From assembly GCA_905178155.1 (NCBI GenBank), contig CAJINV010000002.1, positions 11,844,591 to 11,908,590 of the forward strand: a DNA stretch of 64,000 bases. The letters run 5' to 3'. The notes under the pieces are model-generated. The model was not told the origin of the DNA. It was given only the letters and a program-made list of their open reading frames with translations, and ran no database searches. Origin of the DNA: Amoebophrya sp. A120. Lineage: Eukaryota > Protista > Dinoflagellata. Position numbers and translations under genes: made by a program. Positions 50,048 through 62,743 of the stretch are shown in pieces (the first letter of the stretch is position 1; each line of letters begins with the position of its first letter).

Positions 50048-53036
50048 ATGCCGGAGGGCAGCGGTAGTCCTGCGGATGTGGTAGCGACGTTGCTCCCGTC
50101 CGACGTGCAAACGCAGAATGAAGCTGTCGCCCGGAGGAAGCTCTTGCCAAAGATCAGTCGGAAGGACGGAATTAGCGAAAGGAGGTAAAAACTTTTTGGA
50201 AAGAATCAACTCAATGAATACGAACCATCCGTTGTCATGCGTACACGTCGCTATGAACTAGGCATAGTCTGGCAAAAAAGTGCTAACAGAAGCTGCTCTT
50301 GAACTTGATTGGTTTCAGCAAGGTCGAATGATTTCGATGCAACAATTCCACGAGCACCATGAACATCTACCAGGACGGAGTTTGCGAAGAGCTTGTTTAA
50401 CCAAGATCTGAAGGAGCTTACCGAGTGGCACAGATGGCGAAGCCCATTGGAGCAGAAGAAATTTCTCAAGTCCGTGGACTCGCTTTACAGCGTTTGGCAG
50501 AAGAAGGCAGAGCAGACTCTGGAACCTTGTATAAAAAGTTCATGCTCATGGGCCTGCACACAGACACAGCTTTATCTTCTGGAAAAAGAAAACTCGAAAC
50601 CGAAAGCGAACTCTCTTACCTCGCTATTCGTCTTGATAGGCAAAAACTTGATGATGTACATACTACTCAATGCAGTAGGGCTTGCAATACAAATTTGCTG
50701 CTACGTTTCCTCCGCTGCATTCATCCTCAAGATCAAAACAAACACGAACTCTCACAGCCTCGTCCAGCACGGCGCCGATGACAAATTTAGTCGAGGCACC
50801 ACTGCAGAATATACCGGAGGATAGGACGATTCTGCCAGGCGAAGCAGGTTAGTCTACTTTTTGCGGGTGACGCATTCTAATTCTTCTTCTACTTCTTCGC
50901 TAACGCAAACCAGAGGATGTGACTCTGCGTCGTACTCTTGATGTATGATTGCGTGCCAGCCGGTCTCTGATGCGATTGTTCTCATCCTGTCAGCACACTG
51001 TTTGACGACATAACCCTCAGGTGACCTTCTAAGTCCTTCGCTTGCAGCTAAGCCGAAGGATGCGGTGGACCAGCTTATGACCGGCGATGTCGCCCAGAGT
51101 ATCGCACTCGGAGCCCACATCACAGGCGACGAACCAGCGTCAGGCTCGAGGAAAGGTATCATCATAAAGGTAGATGGTCGAAAGTGCACAATGAGGACTG
51201 ATTCAAATAATCCATTGCTGCATGAAAAGAAATGGAAATAGTGTTTCATGGTTCGCTGCAAAACACGATAAAAATCCTTGCCTCACCGAGAAAATGGAAA
51301 AGGGACTCCGCATTAATCGCAGGGACAACGCGCGGGAGTCGGTCATTACCGTCCATGGGTAGCGCGGCGCAGAAATCCGTGGCCAGTGGCGTGAGTCAGG
51401 GCGCCGTCTCTTCCACCGCGTCCGCGTCCAAGTTAAACCCGATTGACGTGCACAATGAAAAACGAAGGCGGAGATACATCCGTGCGCCCGAAAGCTTGAC
51501 TCTCGATGCATGGTAATGCGCATATTTAGACTGAGGGCCTGACTTTTCTGCTCGTTGTTTACTTTATGCAAGCAGAAAATGAAAAACTCAAACGAAGACG
51601 CTGACCACGCTCTACCGCATGTCATGCAGGCGCTGCTCAGTGTCTTGACGAGTTTTTTCGAATGAGTATCAAGTATCTATGTATCTATCAGAATCAACTC
51701 TCTTTTTGCAGGTTGGATGCGAACTCGCAGGCCAGTACGTACTCAGTATCAACAGATGTCTCGGACTACAGTAGGTGGACCGGGATATCAGAGATGACAG
51801 AAACCACGGAGGGCAGCATCACTTCGCAGCCCATGCCGATGTTCAAAGTAATTTTCGAAATGTTTCATCTTTTGCGGATTTTTCCCTTGCAGGAGAAACA
51901 GGAGATGAATTCAATGATTTTGATCTCCACGCCGGAAAGATCCTTGTCCTTGAATACACGAGATATCATGTTGGCGCACAGCATGTATTTTCGTCAATAC
52001 AAATCCAGACACAATACCGTCACCATCGGAGGGGATACGCGATCAACCGCAGAAAGTGGCGCACGATGTCAAACCAAGTGGGCCACCCGGTACCGCACCA
52101 AGACTATCCAGACAGCCGGCGGTTTCGCACCACGACCAAGAGTCAGTTTCCCAACCCCTTCGGCGACAAACCGAACCCCTTGCACAAGGACGAGGCGATG
52201 TACGCCTCGGTATTCAAGCCGGAGGTCCACGGCAAGGTCGCTGAGGTGTTGGACGAGATGCCGGAGGACAACATGAAAGACTTCCTTTACATGGTGCGGT
52301 GTCTGCACCAGGTGCGAAAAGAGACGAAGCCGCGAACCACCACGGAGCGATTTTACGATCTGGAGGAAAACCAGCGGCTGTATGAGCCACCAAGAGCCAA
52401 ACCCATCGGCGATCCCACGGATCTCCGGAAGAGCAGCGTGCCACTCGGTAAGGAATCGGAAAAATTTGTGTTTCGGAAATTCAAGGAAGTCGTGTCGAGT
52501 TGGTTGCTTGTGCATTGCGATTTGCCGCTACTCTGCCGTACTTCCGCGTTTTGCAGTAGAAAATTGGGGACTTAGAAAATGTGAAAAAAAAATGTATCAT
52601 GTAAAATGAATGCTTATGAGTCACACTCACAGGTACCCTCACGGAGAACATCAACAAGTATCAAGTCCAACTCGGGGGGAAACCGCTCATCACACAAGAA
52701 GACTACAAACGAAATATGGAGGTAAAAGAAAAGGGAAGGCTATCTAAGTATATTACTTTTTTTGTAGGCCGTCGCATCAACATATTACCATGAAAATTAC
52801 ATGCGGTCTACGATGCGGCTTGCAATTTCGGTGCCACTGGGTATTCTGACGTCAACGAACTGAAAGTGCATTTACAACATGAAAATTCTCAGATGCTTGA
52901 CGTGGAGAACGATCCGACGGCGTTACCGAGCGTGCCAAAGAGCAGGATCAACGATCTAAACAACGACGGGACCGCGATGAGTGACGTTTTTTCGATGGGA
53001 GACCACTTGGACGGTGCCGCCTCGGATGTGTTTTAG
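50048..53036 (+). CDS. Hypothetical multi-exon protein
   Basis: Chain of GC-richer open segments bounded by GT/AG (e.g. TEFAKSLFNQDLKELTEW; KHNTVTIGG region; FLYMVRCLHQVRKE), ending ASDVF-stop. Boundaries approximate. Confidence 0.5.
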
Positions 53037-55719
53037 ATGTTGATTTTTTTCACCACTTCTTGATGTATCCGTTTCACAAGAAGTTGCCTGTTGGCGTTAC
53101 AATCCAACTTTACCTTGTTAAAACGATTGCAAAGAACTTTAGCAAAACACTTAGTCCTATAATATCAAATCATCCTCTCAGATCCTTGTTACGATTTACC
53201 AAGCTATAGGCTTGTCAGACACGCCGCTTCGGCTTTGTTTCAAAGCGCGCAAGCAGTAGTTTACGATTTATCCAAAAAGTTGCAAAATGTCAGGAAGCGA
53301 TACGGTTTCAGCAGGCGATTTACCAGTTACGATTTATCAGACAACAGCGTTCACGTTCGAAATGATAGAGCAAATTGTTAAAATGTTATCTACCACACTA
53401 GCTGCAGTGATTTAGAGCATGCAGTGTAGGAGCAGTCCTGCCCAAAGGAGAGGAGCAGCTGGAGGAGCTCGAAAGGAAAAACATGCAGCGGAAATGCACC
53501 AGCCACGAGGCTCAGTTTGGACTGCGTTATTTTACGATTTTTCATGTTATCAATTTTGGTGCTTGGACTCAACATTCAAATTTACACCCGGGCAACTACT
53601 GTCGTGATCGCGCGCATTGAAAACCAGAGGCACAGTTGTTCTGAAGGAATGAACTCTTTCTCTGCTGCTCTGTTGGAGACGATCTGTTTTTTTTGGTCTC
53701 TTTTGCGCAGCAGGTGGGTGACCAAAAGAGGAAGCGACCATTGTTACGTACGAATACAAGACGGGCAAGCTAGGGTGATTGAATTAAGATAAGGAGATGC
53801 GCAGCCGGTCAAGATCAATTTTTCGGGATCAATGCTGGCAAATGCTCTGATGCTTGTTCTTTCACTCTTTGAGCACCTCCACGAGGATCCTTTTTGTGTG
53901 TGTCAAGTCTGTGTGAGTCTTTCTCTTGTCTCAGCGCACGACCACGATAATCATGGTGAAGTAGAAGAACGCTATTGGACCGAAACTAGATACGTCGAAA
54001 AATAGACACGGAACCAAGTACAGGAGGCATTGACGTCACCTCTTCTTTTCTGATTTTGAACCACTTTTACAAGAACTTCCCCACGAAGAAACCCCAAGCA
54101 TCTTCGAACAAACATGTTGGAAGGGCTCGCAACTTTTCCGGTTGTGCTGAGCTGCATGGCCGGCTGCCCCGCTACGACGAAAGCTGCGATGCTGCCGTTT
54201 GTGTCGCTGCTCGGAGCTGCGTACGGTCCCGTAGACATGCGTCAGCAGGGGTCTACCAGAAAAGCGGTTGGCGAGACGTAAGAGAGAGTTACAACAATTG
54301 AAGCATTTGAGTAAACGAGCCTAAATTTTCCAAGGAGCAAGTTTTGATTCCGGATGCTGTACTGCTGTATCACGAGAAAAGCGAGCTGACAAATAAATTC
54401 GGCCCGACCCAATTTCAGAGTCGTGCTAAACTATAAAATCAGGTCGACCCAGCGCCAGGACAAGAGCGCCAAAGATTACGAAGTGTTTCTCTTTGGGGAG
54501 GATACTGCAGGCAGCGAGACGGTGGCGATGGGCCAGACAGGTTTACGTGCGACGCAATGAATCGGAAGTGGGACGAGTGTAGCTGGAGCAACCTTATCTT
54601 TGCTCTTGCGTACGATATTCCTTTCCAGATTCTTGACGAGGAGCGCCTGCTGCTATCATCAATCTGCGCAAAAAAGAACGGTTTCCTAGAAACAAAAACA
54701 CTTTTTATATTTCCCAAGACCTACACGTACACACGATTCCTGTTGATATATCTCTTCATGTTGATACCCACCAAGGCAATTTTCCAACCCGTTTTGTAAC
54801 TTGAGTAAGTATTTCACAGACATGGCATGAAGAAACCAAAGCCGAAGGACGAATATCGTCTTCGACAGTGAGACACTGTTTATGAATGGTAATAAGACAG
54901 CTCGAGTTGTGCAGGCGAACTATTTTTGCATCCCTGGAAGATCCGCCCGCTTCCGTGCAACAACGCACTGAAGATGCCTTTAGTATTCGCAAATTTTTGC
55001 TTTTGCCTGTTTTCTGTTCGTGCCCACTGTCGCGCTCCCCGTCGTATCGGTGCGTCCTTTTCCTCTTTCTGCGGTTTGATTGGTTGATCGATATTTCGTC
55101 CCGAGTTCGCGGCGATCTACCTGAGTTCTGCGTGTGAGGAGCGTGAGGCGCGGTTGTGCATTTGGTTGTCCAACTGAGAGCGAGTGTTGCGGCCAGTCCT
55201 TGCGCGCTCGTCGATTTGGAGAGTAAGCCGAGCGTGACAGGCAAGTCCGTGATAGGCAAAGCGCGTCGGGCAAGGCCATTAATACAGATCGACGGCGTCG
55301 CGTGCAATGGATGCAACGCGACCGAGCAGCAAATGCACCTCGGAAAACTCGCGATCGGACTTTTTTGGTTGTGGCATCTTACGTACTTATTTGATAGGAG
55401 AGAGAAAGAGGGAATTCGCCGTGCCAGTTTCTCGCGGTACTACTCGCTTCACAAAACTGTTTAGCTGTAGACCTGCCGCGTCTCTCATCCGTACGGACAA
55501 GAGGGCTCAGGTAAAACAAGCGCAGCGGTGCCGCAATATTTATTTTGTAATGAATTCACTTCGGCGCCGCCCGCCCATTTCGAGCTACGGACTTTGCTAG
55601 TCGTCTCCTTCTTCATTTTCAACCGACATCTCACAGGACGCGCTTGCAGAATTATGCTCCAGTGCTAAGCTTCATCAAGCTTTCCGTTCCAACAACAATG
55701 GACTCAGATTCTGCGAGTG

Positions 55720-55980
55720 AAGCCGTCGGCCCCTCCGTCCTTAAGATGAGGAGGATTAATACCAAGGGCGACGGGAGGCCGACGGCTTTGCAGGGGAAAG
55801 AGGATCACGCAGCGGCCCATCATGGTGCAGCGGGGGAGGAAGAAATCAAGGAAGCGGATCCGCCAGAAGATCTGCGGGGAATAAACGGAGACAACATTAA
55901 GTCCCCTGCGTCTTTAAGATGAGGAGACTTAATCCTCAGGGCGACGGACAGGAGGCCGACGGCTTTGCGTAGGAAGGGGC
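55720..55980. repeat. Imperfect direct repeat of about 60 bp with overlapping inverted repeat
   Basis: ttaagatgaggag...gggcgacgg..gaggccgacggctttgc at 55741 and 55914. aagccgtcggcc at 55720 is complementary to ggccgacggctt in both copies. Confidence 0.7.
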
Positions 55981-57197
55981 GCGCGCGCGCCGGACGGACC
56001 TCCGCGCCCGCGTGCCCGCGCGCGCTTCCGGTCGCATGTTCGCAGGATCGTGCGCGCGCTCGCAGACCACGCCCCTCGCGCGCCCGCGCGCACTCCCCAG
56101 AACGCAGGAGCAACGGGCGTGCCCGCGTGCGATGGGCATGCGCGCGTGCGCAAGGTCGCAGCTTCGCGCGCCTCGCGATTTTTATCGCAGGATCGCGCGC
56201 GCGCAGGCAAGGTTTGGTCGGGCCCGCGCTTGCGCTCTTTCAAATTTTACTGTGCGAGGAACCGGCCATGATCATGAATCAAAGTTAAGTGAACGCCTCG
56301 GCTTGACGGCCGAAGGGTCTTGATGATGGACTGCAGGACCGCGCAGAGAAACGACATTTTGCAAAAGATGAAAAGGCATCGTACTTTTCGCAAAAGATGA
56401 AACTTCCCCAGCAAAGATTCATTTCTGTCACAAGTTGCGGGAGCAGATTAGTCGCTTTGTCGCGATCAAGCCTCCAGTGAGTGTATGTTGTTCGCCCCTG
56501 CGTTTTCAGTGTCTCAACAGGCGCCGTGTAGTCGTGACTCATACCGGAGCAATCGTAGCGGAAGCCAGACATCAACGTCGTATCAATAAATCTGACGCGG
56601 AGGGCCCAGGCAAGATGACACAATGGATCCATGTTGCACAGCAACCAAATAGAAAATAACGTCGTGAGATGATCGATCTTTAGGAAGATCCGAATGCAAA
56701 AGGCAAGCTGCAAATGCACTACAAGAAAATTGCGATCAGGATAGAGTCACGGAAGTAAAAAAAGGGAACAGCTCTCCGTGCGAAGATCCCGAACAAAATC
56801 AAACCGCACCAGAACGTGGGTGCTGACGCGAAGATCAAGAACAACGCTACAGCGATTCAAATTCAGAAATTGGTTCACGCCTCTTTCAGTTCAGGTTCGA
56901 CACTGTACGTTTTCCCTACTACTTGATAGATACGGTGGTCTCTCAGTGTGAATGCTCCCGGTCTGTGTAGTTTCGTAGAACCACGGACGCTCTACTTCGA
57001 CTTACGAAAACCGTCCGTTTAAACTTGTTTGGATGTCATCGACATCACATGGCTTTCGCTTGCCGTCGCCATCGCAAGCGAACATTTATTTCTGTGTGGG
57101 CTCTTGTGTTTGTTGACCATACCTAATGAAGGTGTTGTGACCACGTCCTTTATCTTATCCTGTAATACTCGCCACGATTACGACACCAAAACACATC

Positions 57198-59084
57198 ATG
57201 GACACAAAGGATCTGCAGGCCACCAGCAGCCCGGACGGCTTGATGGAATCCCTGCCCCTACACCGTCGCCACGAACAAGGTGCTGCAAACTCTGCGGCGG
57301 CTGGAGAAAAATCTTGCTGGCTTTCCGTAATCCTAGAAGACAAGGGAACTACACCATCTCGCGGCGTGCAGCTTGGGGGAGAAAGCTGCGAAGGCGAAAG
57401 GGAAACAATAGCTCTCCAGGTACTGAAATGGACGAGCACAGATCCGGTTGTCGATGCAACTCCTTCTGCACGACAGATTAGCTGCAACTCGACTACCTCA
57501 CCCTGCAGGAAGCGCACCATGCTCAACGAGCGGTCTTCGTCGTCGACGAGGAGGTTACCGGAGGCCTGCTCTGCTGGCGGCAGTTGTGCTGGGACATCTG
57601 CGCGTGGGGACGAGTTCTCCGCTGTTGGTACACTTGACGACATGACGACGCAGACCGTTGATCAAATGAGCGGACTCGGCGTGTGGGAGTGCAGTGTCGA
57701 CTTGGCGAACTACTTGCTGGATAAGAAGCTTGTTGCTGCGAGTGGTTCATGCGCCTTTGTTCCAAGAAGGATAAACAACTACGCCGTCCTCGAGCTTGGT
57801 TGCGGACATGCATTGCCCACTATGGCCCTGCTACATCAGTTTGAGAGTAGCAGCAGGGCGGAGAACAGGACGTCACCAGTTGGGTGCACCGGGGGAAAGG
57901 CTCCTGAACCGTCGTTATCCACCGAAACAAGGAGCTTGCAGCAGGGAACAAGCTCAATGGAGTGCTTTCTCCATGACTACGACCGTAGAACGCTCGAAGA
58001 GGTGACGAAAAGAAATCTGCTGAGAAACGCCGAAGCTCTTGGATTGTTCAGGAAGTCCGAGCAGGGATCCGAGTCCTGTGCACTGAGACCTGCCACGCCC
58101 AAGATTCGGTTTCTAGCCGGAGATTGGAGCACGCTCTCGGCGAACGAAATTTTACAGGTGGTACAAGAAGGACGCACAGCAGGCCAGGAACGAAAATTAT
58201 TCAAATTTGAGCCACACGGCAGGAAGGCGGTGTTGGAAGAGTGGGGCCCCGTGCGAGCACTGCGTGCGGTATATGGATCGCGGGAGAGCGGACAAAAACA
58301 AGAAGCGGCAGATCGAGAGGAGGAAATTTTGCAGCAAAAATCATTGCGAGATGAGACCGAGACATCCGAATCTTTTGACAGCGGCTTTGGCGCGCACTCC
58401 TCGGAAGAAGGAGAGGAACCCGATGGGGATGCGGCTGGGTCATCAGGCGTCGATGCAGCAGGTGCCATTCCGCAACAATCCGGCGAAGCTGACCATCAAA
58501 AGGCAGATGGCAGTAATGAAGACAGTGCTGAGTTGGAAGGAGAAGAAGGGTCTGACTCTGACTCACAGGAGAAGAGCCTCGATTCCGAAGAGCAATCTGA
58601 TTCACAGGACGATGACGACAGTGCGGATGAAGATCCACCGCTGGAATTGTTTTTTGACGAGCAAGAGGATCCTACCGGCCATAATCTGAAGCAGTTCGAC
58701 CTCATCTTGTGTTCCGAGGGAATTTACAAGGAAGAATCCTTTCAGGCACTATTTGACGTACTCGAGAATCACTTGAAACTGGACGACTCTACTGAGCCTG
58801 CTTCCTTGGTCGGCGCGGCCCCTTCAACGACCCACTCTTCAGACGGCCAAGAAAACCTCCCGCGTTCTGTGGCACTTTTTTCTGGCAAGCGCTACTACTT
58901 TGGTTGCGGCGGCGGCACGCAGGCCTTTCGCACCTTCCTGCTGCAGAAAAACAAAGAGAAAGAGGCAAAAAAGGCCTGCTCTGGTGGACCATGGCGCTAC
59001 GAAGTTTCCGTTGTGAAAAAGTTCAAAGACAAGAAGTCAAATTTACGGGAGATTCTCGCTGTCACGAAGAGAAAGGTTTCGTGA
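57198..59084 (+). CDS. METTL18/Hpm1-like protein histidine methyltransferase
   Basis: GLGVWECSVDLANYL; VLELGCGHALP; HDYD..L..VT..N; FLAGDWS; FDLILCSEGIY; KRYYFGCGGG. Confidence 0.85.
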   Translation: MDTKDLQATSSPDGLMESLPLHRRHEQGAANSAAAGEKSCWLSVILEDKGTTPSRGVQLGGESCEGERETIALQVLKWTSTDPVVDATPSARQISCNSTTSPCRKRTMLNERSSSSTRRLPEACSAGGSCAGTSARGDEFSAVGTLDDMTTQTVDQMSGLGVWECSVDLANYLLDKKLVAASGSCAFVPRRINNYAVLELGCGHALPTMALLHQFESSSRAENRTSPVGCTGGKAPEPSLSTETRSLQQGTSSMECFLHDYDRRTLEEVTKRNLLRNAEALGLFRKSEQGSESCALRPATPKIRFLAGDWSTLSANEILQVVQEGRTAGQERKLFKFEPHGRKAVLEEWGPVRALRAVYGSRESGQKQEAADREEEILQQKSLRDETETSESFDSGFGAHSSEEGEEPDGDAAGSSGVDAAGAIPQQSGEADHQKADGSNEDSAELEGEEGSDSDSQEKSLDSEEQSDSQDDDDSADEDPPLELFFDEQEDPTGHNLKQFDLILCSEGIYKEESFQALFDVLENHLKLDDSTEPASLVGAAPSTTHSSDGQENLPRSVALFSGKRYYFGCGGGTQAFRTFLLQKNKEKEAKKACSGGPWRYEVSVVKKFKDKKSNLREILAVTKRKVS

Positions 59085-59998
59085 CGAGCGATTGGAAAAC
59101 ACGGATGCAGCTGGTGGTAGAGCTTTTCTGTTTAGAAAAACTGCTTTAGCACTTTCTGGATCCTACTCACTCTTCAGCGACAGTGTGATCATTCATCATA
59201 TTTTCTCAAACGACTTTCTCTGACTATGTGACCGCGACAGAAGAAAATCGATTAAGCAGCAGGGCCTGGGAGTTTTTCTGGATAACGCATGTTGGTCAAC
59301 CGCAACAGCGCGCCAACAAATGAAATAGTACTGAGACCTGTCATCTCATAGTGTTCCAGCAGCCGACGCTCCCGTACATCATGCCAGTTCCAACGCTGCC
59401 TTCTGCACATGCTTTATCCTTCATTGCAGCAGTGCACGCAAACGATATAGTGCGATGATCCACACGATTTCTGGCGCCATTTTGGCTTGCTCAGCAGCGG
59501 GCTGTGAGCATACTAACTAAGTACTTACATGCGGCAGCGGCAGATCCTTTGTTCGATAGCGTTTTCGCTACCTAAAAACGCGGACGCGCTCAGCATGTGC
59601 TTTCAATTGTGCTTGGCTGTTCTCGCAGATCCTCCATTTTACAGCGAAGATGCTGAACGAAGGATTTTTTTCTTTTCCGGGCTTTTTTTTACTACTTCAC
59701 TTAGGAATTCCCTTCTGCTCAAAGTCAAAACTGCGTGCGTGGTACGGGTAAAAGTAAGACTTACATATCAAATTCAGCAGCGACAGAAAGTTGACCAACG
59801 CCACAAGGCCAACATCACGGCCCGTTTCTTTTTTTTTTCGTATTAGCTTAAGTACTTGCTTTTGCGTGCCTGCTAAACTTTTTGTCTTGAGCCGAACTAG
59901 TATCGAGCACTCTTATTTGCGATACGTAGCGTTTTCTGCAGTCTACATCTGCAGCGACACAACAAATTTAAGAACCCGACCATTGAACAACATAAACC

Positions 59999-62743
59999 AT
60001 GGAAGCAAATTTCGCAGCTGCAGTAGGCTCGAAGCTGCGATTGGTACAGCCCCGCACGACTCTCCATGGCGAGCCAGATTCTGGGCGACACATCGTCGCT
60101 GGAGCGGAAGGATTTAAGAAAGGGGCGACTGTTTTTGCGGAAACGGCTCTGGCAAGTGCAAGCTTCGCATCGTCCGAACAGGATTCCATATGCGATTGGG
60201 GCACGATAATAGCGCAGAAGAAACACCATTTGGCAGAAGTGGAAGCGGTTTTGTGTAGAAATGGCGATAGTGAAAACAGTGAGAGCAACAGGTCATCCAT
60301 TCGCCTTATGTTCCGTCGCTCTGATGGACGTTGCGATTCGCGGCAAAGGAGCCGTGAGAGTAATCGCGAAGCTCAAGCTTCTGCAAGGAACGGAGTTTCA
60401 GGAGAGAGAAGCGAACGCTGGGCCAGCATGCAACTCGAGAACGAAATCTTTAGCCAGGTCGCGGCAAAGAAGCGAGGGAGCCCGCTTTCGCATTTCCCGT
60501 TTGACAGGAGCAGGACAGACGGGGACTCTCGTGGCTGTATTTCCTGCGCTTTTTCGCGTTCAAGAACACAAAGAGAAAGTGCGGACGCGGAAACGAGGCC
60601 CTTGGGAGAGCCCGAAGGGGGAACTCACGCCGGGTGTTATTTCGACTCCGAAGAAGTGCCCGCGTCGGATGAAGGGCTGGAATTTGCTCTCTTTCGGCCT
60701 ACGGTAGCTGACTTCTTCGCGTGCTGTGTCGACGACAGCATAGCTAGACGTGCGGCACCGGAAGATGATGACCAATTACCCAAACCACTGAACTCAAACC
60801 CGGCAGGCCGCAGAGAACAAGTAGTCGTTGCTGATGCGAACGATAGCGATGCGCAAAAAGAGCCTTTGAGATATCTCGAACTTCCCACGCCAGCCCGGCT
60901 GCGCGCGACAGTGAATGGTGGGAGCGTGGTACCAGAGCCGAAAGTTTCGCATCCAGTGGGAGACGGTACCAGCGAGGCACAGCTAGGACGCAGCCTCTGG
61001 TCGTGGGAACAGGCAGACTTGGACCACCCAAGCGAATTGCGACGGCAAATTCGTGCCCGGTTCAGCCGCAACAATTTCGCTATTGTGGACGAGGATTTTT
61101 CTCCCGTCGGGGCAGCGGTTCTCCCTCACGTCGCTATGCTAAACCACAGCTGCGACCCCAACGTCGTGCTACGGTACTTTCTTATGCATATGGATGAAAT
61201 GGATACCGGTACTATGCGTGTGAACTTGGTTGAAGATGACGTGAGTTGCCCCCCACATCACGGCCGGCGCACCAAAAAACCGAAGATTTTGTGCGTTTTG
61301 GTCGCGCTGCGGGACATTGCGCCGCACGAGGAGATTTGCCACTCCTACGTAGACATTGGTCAATGCGTACGGGAAAGGCGCCAACAGTTGAGAAGCCAGT
61401 TTGGGTTTGCTTGTAACTGCAACCGTTGCAAACGCGACCTGCGTGGCGAGAAGCACCTCGTGATGCATTTTTGTGCAGAAGGACAAGGAGAAGGGCAAGT
61501 GCGTGGATCCTCCTGTGCCGGAGTATCAACAAGCTCGTGGCCGAAAAATTCATTTCCCCATTTGCAGCCACACTTCCACCTACCGGGGCAGACGTACTCC
61601 CAAAGTAGTAATCCAGATCATGCGAAAGCGAAAGGTACAGGTAGAAGAAATCTTCGGCTCGCGGAGAAGTCGCGGCGCACAATGTGGCTGATGCCAGGAG
61701 AGAAAATGCGTGCAGCGATGAAAAGCAGTACGCAGATCATCGGGAGTGTGGATTTTGTGCCCGATAAGATTCTCTTCTGCGGGCCTGTAGTGCTCGACGA
61801 CTTACAATACTTGGCTGTTCGCGAAGAGGACTTTGTTCGCGCCGGAAAGACACCGACAACCTCTCTCGGCTGCTCGACCGCTGCGTATCCGGATGCCGAT
61901 GCGCTGCTTCAGGCCGCGGCTCGACTCGGCTCCAAGTGTGATTTTCTGACGCTTCTAGAGTGGGCGGGAAACGCAGAGCATCCCTACTGGGTGTTCAAGG
62001 AGCGAATGTGTGTTTTGGAGGCCGACGATGCGGATGAAGCGGATTGCGGCGAAGGTTCGTCTTTACTGGACCTGCTCGACTCTATCATGGAGATGTGCAG
62101 TGCGCACTTAGTAGAGCAAGGTGGGACGTCGAACGCAGCTGCGACATCTGAGGGTGGCGCTTTGACTTCCGTGAAGACGTCACTTCCACCAGCACTTTTC
62201 CGTGCTTGTTTGGTCTCCAAAGCCTGCGTGAGCTTGCTGCTCGACGAATACGCAACTCGTGCCCCGGGATGGCACTTTGCGAAGTTTGTGGAGGGATTTC
62301 TGGCTCAGATGGAGCTACTACAGGACCTTCCCCCGGGTGAAGAAGATTCGATCAGGGGTTTTTATGAGAGACTGGTTCGCGAACTGTTTGCTGCCTTTAC
62401 GGTGAACCAGTGTTGCTTGCGACCCGAAATCCTGGCGCACGAAGGCCTCCAGCAGGTTGTGCAACAGGAATTGGCCGAATTGGAGCGCAGTTTTTTGAGA
62501 AGAAAGGTTGTGGTGCATGGGAGGCAGGGCGCCCCCACGAGGGATGAAAAAAATCTGAAATACTGTCAGCGGGGAACCGAGGCAAGTTCGAACAGTCCTG
62601 ACCTATTGACCAACGACCTTGCAGGGGATCTGGCGCTGCAGCACAGCCTTTTTCTGGTCCAGCAGCTGGAGCGCAAATACCCGGCGGGGCACCCCGTGCA
62701 GAGGCTGGCGAGGTGCCGGATGCTTGCGATCGGCGAGGGATAA
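59999..62743 (+). CDS. SMYD-like SET-domain lysine methyltransferase
   Basis: SGRHIVA; RNNFAI..GAAV..AMLNHSCDPN; ALRDIAPHEEICHSYVD; post-SET RRQQLRSQFGFACNCNRC. Confidence 0.88.
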   Translation: MEANFAAAVGSKLRLVQPRTTLHGEPDSGRHIVAGAEGFKKGATVFAETALASASFASSEQDSICDWGTIIAQKKHHLAEVEAVLCRNGDSENSESNRSSIRLMFRRSDGRCDSRQRSRESNREAQASARNGVSGERSERWASMQLENEIFSQVAAKKRGSPLSHFPFDRSRTDGDSRGCISCAFSRSRTQRESADAETRPLGEPEGGTHAGCYFDSEEVPASDEGLEFALFRPTVADFFACCVDDSIARRAAPEDDDQLPKPLNSNPAGRREQVVVADANDSDAQKEPLRYLELPTPARLRATVNGGSVVPEPKVSHPVGDGTSEAQLGRSLWSWEQADLDHPSELRRQIRARFSRNNFAIVDEDFSPVGAAVLPHVAMLNHSCDPNVVLRYFLMHMDEMDTGTMRVNLVEDDVSCPPHHGRRTKKPKILCVLVALRDIAPHEEICHSYVDIGQCVRERRQQLRSQFGFACNCNRCKRDLRGEKHLVMHFCAEGQGEGQVRGSSCAGVSTSSWPKNSFPHLQPHFHLPGQTYSQSSNPDHAKAKGTGRRNLRLAEKSRRTMWLMPGEKMRAAMKSSTQIIGSVDFVPDKILFCGPVVLDDLQYLAVREEDFVRAGKTPTTSLGCSTAAYPDADALLQAAARLGSKCDFLTLLEWAGNAEHPYWVFKERMCVLEADDADEADCGEGSSLLDLLDSIMEMCSAHLVEQGGTSNAAATSEGGALTSVKTSLPPALFRACLVSKACVSLLLDEYATRAPGWHFAKFVEGFLAQMELLQDLPPGEEDSIRGFYERLVRELFAAFTVNQCCLRPEILAHEGLQQVVQQELAELERSFLRRKVVVHGRQGAPTRDEKNLKYCQRGTEASSNSPDLLTNDLAGDLALQHSLFLVQQLERKYPAGHPVQRLARCRMLAIGEG

